DNA of 64,000 nucleotides from Auanema rhodensis. Taxonomy: Eukaryota; Animalia; Nematoda. Made by a program: the position numbers and the translations under genes. Under the pieces are notes generated by a model. It was given only the letters and a program-made list of their open reading frames with translations, was not told the DNA's origin and ran no database searches. Location: NCBI GenBank assembly GCA_964057225.1, contig OZ059895.1:1550001-1614000 (forward strand), read 5' to 3'. This document shows, piece by piece, positions 52,301 through 64,000 of this stretch; the stretch's first letter is position 1, and every line of letters starts with the position of its first letter.

Positions 52301-55300
52301 GCGTCGATCTGTGTTATCAGATTTGCGCTAGCTTAAAAATGCACCGAGATATCAACTGATATAAGTTCACACTTATATCCTCGATTTTCACACTGAAGAA
52401 TTAATTTTTTCGTTGAATAACATTGTCTATCGTCTTTGCCTTGAAAAATGGAATCTAAAAACATCTACTTTTTGCTAAATTATTTTGAAATTTTTCGAAA
52501 AAATTTTTGTCAAAATGTTTTTGGAAGCAATGTTGAGTGTACATGGAAACTCAACATACACTAATGCATCATTTTTCAAACGATCATAACTAATTTTTGT
52601 ATCAAGCGTTTCTCAATGTAGTATAGTGCATTCGATGCGGATTTTTAAGCTGCGTCGATCTGTGTTATCAGATTTGCGCTAGCTTAAAAATGCACCGAGA
52701 TATCAACTGATATAAGTTCACACTTATATCCTCGATTTTCACACTGAAGAATTAATTTTTTCGTTGAATAACATTGTCTATCGTCTTTGCCTTGAAAAAA
52801 GGAATCTAAAAACATCTACTTTTTGCTAAATTATTTTGAAATTTTTCGAAAAAATTTTTGTCAAAATGTTTTTGGAAGCAATGTTGAGTGTACATGGAAA
52901 CTCAACATACACTAATGCATCATTTTTCAAACGATCATAACTAATTTTTGTATTAAGCGTTTCTCAATGTAGTATAGTGCATTCGATGCGGATTTTTAAG
53001 CTGCGTCGATCTGTGTTATCAGATTTGCGCTAGCTTAAAAATGCACCGAGATATCAACTGATATAAGTTCACACTTATATCCTCGATTTTCACCCTGAAG
53101 AAATAATTTTTTCGTTGAATAACATTGTCTATCGTCTTTGCCTTGAAAAAAGGAATCTAAAAACATCTACTTTTTGCTAAATTATTTTGAAATTTTTCGA
53201 AAAAAATTTTGTCAAAATGTTTTTGGAAGCAATGTTGAGTGTACATGGAAACTCAACATACACTAATGCATCATTTTTCAAACGATCATAACTAATTTTT
53301 GTATTAAGCGTTTCTCAATGTAGTATAGTGCATTCGATGCGGATTTTTAAGCTGCGTCGATCTGTGTTATCAGATTTGCGCTAGCTTAAAAATGCACCGA
53401 GATATCAACTGATATAAGTTCACACTTATATCCTCGATTTTCACCCTGAAGAAATAATTTTTTCGTTGAATAACATTGTCCATCGTCTTTGCCTTGAAAA
53501 AAGGAATCTGAAAACATCTACTTTTTGCTAAATTATTTTGAAATTTTTCGAAAAAATTTTTGTCAAAATGTTTTTGGAAGCAATGTTGAGTGTACATGGA
53601 AACTCAACATACACTAATGCATCATTTTTCAAACGATCATAACTAATTTTTGTATTAAGCGTTTCTCAATGTAGTATAGTGCATTCGATGCGGATTTTTA
53701 AGCTGCGTCGATCTGTGTTATCAGATTTGCGCTAGCTTAAAAATGCACCGAGATATCAACTGATATAAGTTCACACTTATATCCTCGATTTTCACCCTGA
53801 AGAAATAATTTTTTCGTTGAATAACATTGTCCATCGTCTTTGCCTTGAAAAAAGGAATCTAAAAACATCTACTTTTTGCTAAATTATTTTGAAATTTTTC
53901 GAAAAAATTTTTGTCAAAATGTTTTTGGAAGCAATGTTGAGTGTACATGGAAACTCAACATACACTAATGCATCATTTTTCAAACGATCATAACTAATTT
54001 TTGTATTAAGCGTTTTTCAATGTAGTATAGTGCATTCGATGCGGATTTTTAAGCTGCGTCGATCTGTGTTATCAGATTTGCGCTAGCTTAAAAATGCACC
54101 GAGATATCAACTGATATAAGTTCACACTTATATCCTCGATTTTCACCCTGAAGAATTAATTTTTTCGTTGAATAACATTGTCTATCGTCTTTGCCTTGAA
54201 AAAAGGAATCTAAAAACATCTACTTTTTGATAAATTATTTTGAAATTTTTCGAAAAAATTTTTGTCAAAATGTTTTTGGAAGCAATGTTGAGTGTACATG
54301 GAAACTCAACATACACTAATGCATCATTTTTCAAACGATCATAACTAATTTTTGTATTAAGCGTTTTTCAATGTAGTATAGTGCATTCGATGCGGATTTT
54401 TAAGCTGCGTCGATCTGTGTTATCAGATTTGCGCTAACTTAAAAATGCACCGAGATATCAACTGATATAAGTTCACACTTATATCCTCGATTTTCACTCT
54501 GAAGAATCAATTTTTTCGTTGAATAACATTGTCCATCGTCTTCGCCTTGAAAAAAGGAATCTAAAAACATCTACTTTTTGCTACATTATTTTGAAATTTT
54601 TCGAAAAAATTTTTGTCAAAATGTTTTTGGAAGCAATGTTGAGTGTACATGGAAACTCAACATACACTAATGCATCATTTTTCAAACGATCATAACTAAT
54701 TTTTGTATCAAGCGTTTCTCAATGTAGTATAGTGCATTCGATGCGGATTTTTAAGCTGCGTCGATCTGTCTTATCAGATTTGCGCTAGCTTAAAAATGCA
54801 CCGAGATATCAACTGATATAAGTTCACACTCATATCCTCGATTTTCACACTGAAGAATTAATTTTTTCGTTGAAAAACATTGTCTATCGTCTTTGCCTTG
54901 AAAAAAGGAATCTAAAAACATCTACTTTTTGCTACATTATTTTGAAATTTTTCGAAAAAATTTTTGTCAAAATGTTTTTGGAAGCAATGTTGAGTGTACA
55001 TGGAAACTCAACATACACTAATGCATCATTTTTCAAACGATCATAACTAATTTTTGTATTTAGCGTTTCTCAATGTAGTATAGTGCATTCGATGCGGATT
55101 TGTAAGCTGCGTCGATCTGTGTTATCAGATTTGCGCTAGCTTAAAAATGCACCGAGATATCAACTGATATAAGTTCACACTTATATCCTCGATTTTCACA
55201 CTGAAGAATTAATTTTTTCGTTGAATAACATTGTCTATCGTCTTTGCTTTGAAAAATGGAATCTAAAAACATCTACTTTTTGCTAAATTATTTTGAAATT

Positions 55301-58300
55301 TTTCGAAAAAATTTTTGTCAAAATGTTTTTGGAAGCAATGTTGAGTGTACATGGAAACTCAACATACACTAATGCATCATTTTTCAAACGATCATAACTA
55401 ATTTTTGTATTAAGCGTTTCTCAATGTAGTGTAGTGCATTCGATGCGGATTTTTAAGCTGCGTCGATCTGTGTTATCAGATTTGCGCTAGCTTAAAAATG
55501 CACCGAGATATCAACTGATATAAGTTCACACTCATATCCTCGATTTTCACACTGAAGAAATAATTTTTTCGTTGAATAACATTGTCTATCGTCTTTGCCT
55601 TGAAAAAAGGAATCTGAAAACATCTACTTTTTGCTACATTATTTTGAAATTTTTCGAAAAAATTTTTGTCAAAATGTTTTTGGAAGCAATGTTGAGTGTA
55701 CATGGAAACTCAACATACACTAATGCATCATTTTTCAAACGATCATAACTAATTTTTGTATTTAGCGTTTCTCAATGTAGTATAGTGCATTCGATGCGGA
55801 TTTGTAAGCTGCGTCGATCTGTGTTATCAGATTTGCGCTAGCTTAAAAATGCACCGAGATATCAACTGATATAAGTTCACACTTATATCCTCGATTTTCA
55901 CACTGAAGAAATAATTTTTTCGTTGAATAACATTGTCCATCGGCTTTGCCTTGAAAAATGGAATCTAAAAACATCTACTTTTTGCTAAATTATTTTGAAA
56001 TTTTTCGAAAAAATTTTTGTCAAAATGTTTTTGGAAGCAATGTTGAGTGTACATGGAAACTCAACATACACTAATGCATCATTTTTCAAACGATCATAAC
56101 TAATTTTTGTATTAAGCGTTTCTCAATGTAGTGTAGTGCATTCGATGCGGATTTTTAAGCTGCGTCGATCTGTGTTATCAGATTTGCGCTAGCTTAAAAA
56201 TGCACCGAGATATCAACTGATATAAGTTCACACTTATATCCTCGATTTTCACCCTGAAGAAATAATTTTTTCGTTGAATAACATTGTCCATCGTCTTTGC
56301 CTTGAAAAAAGGAATCTGAAAACATCTACTTTTTGCTAAATTATTTTGAAATTTTTCGAAAAAATTTTTGTCAAAATGTTTTTGGAAGCAATGTTGAGTG
56401 TACATGGAAACTCAACATACACTAATGCATCATTTTTCAAACGATCATAACTAATTTTTGTATTAAGCGTTTCTCAATGTAGTATAATGCATTCGATGCG
56501 GATTTTTAAGCTGCGTCGATCTGTGTTATCAGATTTGCGCTAGCTTAAAAATGCACCGAGATATCAACTGATATAAGTTCACACTTATATCCTCGATTTT
56601 CACCCTGAAGAAATAATTTTTTCGTTGAATAACATTGTCCATCGTCTTTGCCTTGAAAAAAGGAATCTGAAAACATCTACTTTTTGCTAAATTATTTTGA
56701 AATTTTTCGAAAAAATTTTTGTCAAAATGTTTTTGGAAGCAATGTTGAGTGTACATGGAAACTCAACATACACTAATGCATCATTTTTCAAACGATCATA
56801 ACTAATTTTTGTATTAAGCGTTTCTCAATGTAGTATAGTGCATTCGATGCGGATTTTTAAGCTGCGTCGATCTGTGTTATCAGATTTGCGCTAGCTTAAA
56901 AATGCACCGAGATATCAACTGATATAAGTTAACACTTATATCCTCGATTTTCACCCTGAAGAAATAATTTTTTCGTTGAATAACATTGTCCATCGGCTTT
57001 GCCTTGAAAAAAGGAATCTAAAAACATCTACTTTTTGCTAAATTATTTTGAAATTTTTCGAAAAAATTTTTGTCAAAATGTTTTTGGAAGCAATGTTGAG
57101 TGTACATGGAAACTCAACATACACTAATGCATCATTTTTCAAACGATCATAACTAATTTTTGTATTAAGCGTTTTTCAATGTAGTATAGTGCATTCGATG
57201 CGGATTTTTAAGCTGCGTCGATCTGTGTTATCAGATTTGCGCTAGCTTAAAAATGCACCGAGATATCAACTGATATAAGTTCACACATATATCCTCGATT
57301 TTCACCCTGAAGAAATAATTTTTTCGTTGAATAACATTGTCCATCGTCTTTGCCTTGAAAAAAGGAATCTAAAAACATCTACTTTTTGCTAAATTATTTT
57401 GAAATTTTTCGAAAAAATTTCTGTCAAAATGTTTTTGGAAGCAATGTTGAGTGTACATGGAAACTCAACATACACTAATACATCATTTTTCAAACGATCA
57501 TAACTAATTTTTGTATTAAGCGTTTCTCAATGTAGTATAGTGCATTCGATGCGGATTTTTAAGCTGCGTCGATCTGTCTTATCCGATTTGCGCTAGCTTA
57601 AAAATGCACCGAGATATCAACTGATATAAGTTCACACTCATATCCTCGATTTTCACACTGAAGAATTAATTTTTTCGTTGAAAAACATTGTCTATCGTCT
57701 TTGCCTTGAAAAAAGGAATCTAAAAACATCTACTTTTTGCTAAATTATTTTGAAATTTTTCGAAAAAATTTTTGTCAAAATGTTTTTGGAAGCAATGTTG
57801 AGTGTACATGGAAACTCAACATACACTAATGCATCATTTTTCAAACGATCATAACTAATTTTTGTATTAAGCGTTTCTCAATGTAGTATAGTGCATTCGA
57901 TGCGGATTTTTAAGCTGCGTCGATCTGTGTTATCAGATTTGCGCTAGCTTAAAAATGCACCGAGATATCAACTGATATAAGTTCACACATATATCCTCGA
58001 TTTTCACCCTGAAGAAATAATTTTTTCGTTGAATAACATTGTCCATCGTCTTTGCCTTGAAAAAAGGAATCTAAAAACATCTACTTTTTGCTAAATTATT
58101 TTGAAATTTTTCGAAAAAATTTCTGTCAAAATGTTTTTGGAAGCAATGTTGAGTGTACATGGAAACTCAACATACACTAATACATCATTTTTCAAACGAT
58201 CATAACTAATTTTTGTATTAAGCGTTTCTCAATGTAGTATAGTGCATTCGATGCGGATTTTTAAGCTGCGTCGATCTGTGTTATCAGATTTGCGCTAGCT

Positions 58301-61300
58301 TAAAAATGCACCGAGATATCAACTGATATAAGTTCACACTTATATCCTCGATTTTCACACTGAAGAATTAATTTTTTCGTTGAATAACATTGTCTATCGT
58401 CTTTGCCTTGAAAAATGGAATCTAAAAACATCTACTTTTTGCTAAATTATTTTGAAATTTTTCGAAAAAATTTTTGTCAAAATGTTTTTGGAAGCAATGT
58501 TGAGTGTACATGGAAACTCAACATACACTAATGCATCATTTTTCAAACGATCATAACTAATTTTTGTATTAAGCGTTTCTCAATGTAGTATAGTGCATTC
58601 GATGCGGATTTTTAAGCTGCGTCGATCTGTGTTATCAGATTTGCGCTAGCTTAAAAATGCACCGAGATATCAACTGATATAAGTTCACACTTATATCCTC
58701 GATTTTCACCCTGAAGAAATAATTTTTTCGTTGAATAACATTGTCCATCGTCTTTGCCTTGAAAAAAGGAATCTAAAAACATCTACTTTTTGCTAAATTA
58801 TTTTGAAATTTTTCGAAAAAATTTTTGTCAAAATGTTTTTGGAAGCAATGTTGAGTGTACATGGAAACTCAACATACACTAATGCATCATTTTTCAAACG
58901 ATCATAACTAATTTTTGTATTAAGCGTTTTTCAATGTAGTATAGTGCATTCGATGCGGATTTTTAAGCTGCGTCGATCTGTGTTATCAGATTTGCGCTAG
59001 CTTAAAAATGCACCGAGATATCAACTGATATAAGTTCACACTTATATCCTCGATTTTCACCCTGAAGAAATAATTTTTTCGTTGAATAACATTGTCCATC
59101 GTCTTTGCCTTGAAAAAAGGAATCTGAAAACATCTACTTTTTGCTAAATTATTTTGAAATTTTTCGAAAAAATTTTTGTCAAAATGTTTTTGGAAGCAAT
59201 GTTGAGTGTACATGGAAACTCAACATACACTAATGCATCATTTTTCAAACGATCATAACTAATTTTTGTATTAAGCGTTTTTCAATGTAGTATAGTGCAT
59301 TCGATGCGGATTTTTAAGCTGCGTCGATCTGTGTTATCAGATTTGCGCTAGCTTAAAAATGCACCGAGATATCAACTGATATAAGTTCACACTTATATCC
59401 TCGATTTTCACCCTGAAGAATTAATTTTTTCGTTGAATAACATTGTCTATCGTCTTTGCCTTGAAAAAAGGAATCTAAAAACATCTACTTTTTGATAAAT
59501 TATTTTGAAATTTTTCGAAAAAATTTTTGTCAAAATGTTTTTGGAAGCAATGTTGAGTGTACATGGAAACTCAACATACACTAATGCATCATTTTTCAAA
59601 CGATCATAACTAATTTTTGTATTAAGCGTTTTTCAATGTAGTATAGTGCATTCGATGCGGATTTTTAAGCTGCGTCGATCTGTGTTATCAGATTTGCGCT
59701 AACTTAAAAATGCACCGAGATATCAACTGATATAAGTTCACACTTATATCCTCGATTTTCACCCTGAAGAATCAATTTTTTCGTTGAATAACATTGTCCA
59801 TCGTCTTCGCCTTGAAAAAAGGAATCTAAAAACATCTACTTTTTGCTACATTATTTTGAAATTTTTCGAAAAAATTTTTGTCAAAATGTTTTTGGAAGCA
59901 ATGTTGAGTGTACATGGAAACTCAACATACACTAATGCATCATTTTTCAAACGATCATAACTAATTTTTGTATCAAGCGTTTCTCAATGTAGTATAGTGC
60001 ATTCGATGCGGATTTTTAAGCTGCGTCGATCTGTCTTATCAGATTTGCGCTAGCTTAAAAATGCACCGAGATATCAACTGATATAAGTTCACACTCATAT
60101 CCTCGATTTTCACACTGAAGAATTAATTTTTTCGTTGAAAAACATTGTCTATCGTCTTTGCCTTGAAAAAAGGAATCTAAAAACATCTACTTTTTGCTAA
60201 ATTATTTTGAAATTTTTGGAAAAAATTTTTGTCAAAATGTTTTTGGAAGCAATGTTGAGTGTACATGGAAACTCAACATACACTAATGCATCATTTTTCA
60301 AACGATCATAACTAATTTTTGTATTTAGCGTTTCTCAATGTAGTATAGTGCATTCGATGCGGATTTGTAAGCTGCGTCGATCTGTGTTATCAGATTTGCG
60401 CTAGCTTAAAAATGCACCGAGATATCAACTGATATAAGTTCACACTTATATCCTCGATTTTCACACTGAAGAATTAATTTTTTCGTTGAATAACATTGTC
60501 TATCGTCTTTGCCTTGAAAAATGGAATCTAAAAACATCTACTTTTTGCTAAATTATTTTGAAATTTTTCGAAAAAATTTTTGTCAAAATGTTTTTGGAAG
60601 CAATGTTGAGTGTACATGGAAACTCAACATACACTAATGCATCATTTTTCAAACGATCATAACTAATTTTTGTATTAAGCGTTTCTCAATGTAGTGTAGT
60701 GCATTCGATGCGGATTTTTAAGCTGCGTCGATCTGTGTTATCAGATTTGCGCTAGCTTAAAAATGCACCGAGATATCAACTGATATAAGTTCACACTTAT
60801 ATCCTCGATTTTCACCCTGAAGAAATAATTTTTTCGTTGAATAACATTGTCCATCGTCTTTGCCTTGAAAAAAGGAATCTGAAAACATCTACTTTTTGCT
60901 AAATTATTTTGAAATTTTTCGAAAAAATTTTTGTCAAAATGTTTTTGGAAGCAATGTTGAGTGTACATGGAAACTCAACATACACTAATGCATCATTTTT
61001 CAAACGATCATAACTAATTTTTGTATCAAGTGTTTCTCAATGTAGTATAGTGCATTCGATGCGGATTTTTAAGCTGCGTCGATCTGTCTTATCAGATTTG
61101 CGCTAGCTTAAAAATGCACCGAGATATCAACTGATATAAGTTCACACTCATATCCTCGATTTTCACACTGAAGAATTAATTTTTTCGTTGAAAAACATTG
61201 TCTATCGTCTTTGCCTTGAAAAAAGGAATCTAAAAACATCTACTTTTTGCTAAATTATTTTGAAATTTTTGGAAAAAATTTTTGTCAAAATGTTTTTGGA

Positions 61301-64000
61301 AGCAATGTTGAGTGTACATGGAAACTCAACATACACTAATGCATCATTTTTCAAACGATCATAACTAATTTTTGTATTTAGCGTTTCTCAATGTAGTATA
61401 GTGCATTCGATGCGGATTTGTAAGCTGCGTCGATCTGTGTTATCAGATTTGCGCTAGCTTAAAAATGCACCGAGATATCAACTGATATAAGTTCACACTT
61501 ATATCCTCGATTTTCACACTGAAGAATTAATTTTTTCGTTGAATAACATTGTCTATCGTCTTTGCCTTGAAAAATGGAATCTAAAAACATCTACTTTTTG
61601 CTAAATTATTTTGAAATTTTTCGAAAAAATTTTTGTCAAAATGTTTTTGGAAGCAATGTTGAGTGTACATGGAAACTCAACATACACTAATGCATCATTT
61701 TTCAAACGATCATAACTAATTTTTGTATTAAGCGTTTCTCAATGTAGTGTAGTGCATTCGATGCGGATTTTTAAGCTGCGTCGATCTGTGTTATCAGATT
61801 TGCGCTAGCTTAAAAATGCACCGAGATATCAACTGATATAAGTTCACACTTATATCCTCGATTTTCACCCTGAAGAAATAATTTTTTCGTTGAATAACAT
61901 TGTCCATCGTCTTTGCCTTGAAAAAAGGAATCTGAAAACATCTACTTTTTGCTAAATTATTTTGAAATTTTTCGAAAAAATTTTTGTCAAAATGTTTTTG
62001 GAAGCAATGTTGAGTGTACATGGAAACTCAACATACACTAATGCATCATTTTTCAAACGATCATAACTAATTTTTGTATTAAGCGTTTCTCAATGTAGTA
62101 TAGTGCATTCGATGCGGATTTTTAAGCTGCGTCGATCTGTGTTATCAGATTTGCGCTAGCTTAAAAATGCACCGAGATATCAACTGATATAAGTTAACAC
62201 TTATATCCTCGATTTTCACCCTGAAGAAATAATTTTTTCGTTGAATAACATTGTCCATCGGCTTTGCCTTGAAAAAAGGAATCTAAAAACATCTACTTTT
62301 TGCTAAATTATTTTGAAATTTTTCGAAAAAATTTTTGTCAAAATGTTTTTGGAAGCAATGTTGAGTGTACATGGAAACTCAACATACACTAATGCATCAT
62401 TTTTCAAACGATCATAACTAATTTTTGTATTAAGCGTTTTTCAATGTAGTATAGTGCATTCGATGCGGATTTTTAAGCTGCGTCGATCTGTGTTATCAGA
62501 TTTGCGCTAGCTTAAAAATGCACCGAGATATCAACTGATATAAGTTCACACATATATCCTCGATTTTCACCCTGAAGAAATAATTTTTTCGTTGAATAAC
62601 ATTGTCCATCGTCTTTGCCTTGAAAAAAGGAATCTAAAAACATCTACTTTTTGCTAAATTATTTTGAAATTTTTCGAAAAAATTTCTGTCAAAATGTTTT
62701 TGGAAGCAATGTTGAGTGTACATGGAAACTCAACATACACTAATGCATCATTTTTCAAACGATCATAACTAATTTTTGTATTAAGCGTTTCTCAATGTAG
62801 TATAGTGCATTCGATGCGGATTTTTAAGCTGCGTCGATCTGTGTTATCAGATTTGCGCTAACTTAAAAATGCACCGAGATATCAACTGATATAAGTTCAC
62901 ACATATATCCTCGATTTTCACCCTGAAGAAATAATTTTTTCGTTGAATAACATTGTCCATCGTCTTTGCCTTGAAAAAAGGAATCTAAAAACATCTACTT
63001 TTTGCTAAATTATTTTGAAATTTTTCGAAAAAATTTCTGTCAAAATGTTTTTGGAAGCAATGTTGAGTGTACATGGAAACTCAACATACACTAATGCATC
63101 ATTTTTCAAACGATCATAACTAATTTTTGTATTAAGCGTTTCTCAATGTAGTATAGTGCATTCGATGCGGATTTTTAAGCTGCGTCGATCTGTGTTATCA
63201 GATTTGCGCTAACTTAAAAATGCACCGAGATATCAACTGATATAAGTTCACACTTATATCCTCGATTTTCACCCTGAAGAATTAATTTTTTCGTTGAATA
63301 ACATTGTCTATCGTCTTTGCCTTGAAAAATGTAATCTAAAAACATCTACTTTTTGCTAAATTATTTTGAAATTTTTCGAAAAAATTTTTGTCAAAATGTT
63401 TTTGGAAGCAATGTTGAGTGTACATGGAAACTCAACATACACTAATGCATCATTTTTCAAACGATCATAACTAATTTTTGTATTAAGCGTTTCTCAATGT
63501 AGTATAGTGCATTCGATGCGGATTTGTAAGCTGCGTCGATCTGTGTTATCAGATTTGCGCTAGCTTAAAAATGCACCGAGATATCAACTGATATAAGTTC
63601 ACACTTATATCCTCGATTTTCACCCTGAAGAAATGATTTTTTCGTTGAATAACATTGTCCATCGTCTTTGCCTTGAAAAAAGGAATCTAAAAACATCTAC
63701 TTTTTGCTAAATTATTTTGAAATTTTTCGAAAAAATTTTTGTCAAAATGTTTTTGGAAGCAATGTTGAGTGTACATGGAAACTCAACATACACTAATGCA
63801 TCATTTTTCAAACGATCATAACTAATTTTTGTATTAAGCGTTTTTCAATGTAGTATAGTGCATTCGATGCGGATTTTTAAGCTGCGTCGATCTGTGTTAT
63901 CAGATTTGCGCTAGCTTAAAAATGCACCGAGATATCAACTGATATAAGTTCACACTTATATCCTCGATTTTCACCCTGAAGAATTAATTTTTTCGTTGAA
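10343..64000. repeat. 351-bp tandem satellite array, right part (~153 monomers; continues beyond window)
   Basis: Resumes exactly where the left part was interrupted (ATCTA|CTTTTTGCTAAATT). Register check: (64000-14-4316)/351 = 170 exactly. Confidence 0.99.

Noticed and set aside
23606-62021. 62-75 aa ORFs in the satellite (and 351 being divisible by 3)
   Set aside because: They appear only where a SNP removes a stop or creates a start, most monomers are closed in these frames, and no frame runs through a monomer.

Overview
Eukaryotic, most likely nematode, heterochromatin-type sequence. About 93% of the window is an AT-rich 351-bp tandem satellite (about 170 monomers, all in one orientation). 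The monomers differ only by substitutions, with zero net length change across the window. The array is organised into domains of diagnostic SNP haplotypes with 3-, 5-, 6- and 15-monomer higher-order periodicities, and each monomer contains several dyad symmetries. The array is interrupted once, at 6032-10342, by a 4.3-kb Ty3/gypsy (Cer-like) LTR retrotransposon on the minus strand. This element has apparently identical 377-bp LTRs, a target-site duplication (ATCTA or ATCT), a PBS matching nematode tRNA-Pro and a polypurine tract. Its single unbroken ORF encodes Gag (CCHC), an aspartic protease and only the N-terminal stub of RT, fused to a ~100-aa tail. The RT catalytic core, RNase H and integrase are missing, so it is a young non-autonomous gag-pro element. 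Its LTRs end TG...AT(T) rather than TG...CA. No host genes are present.
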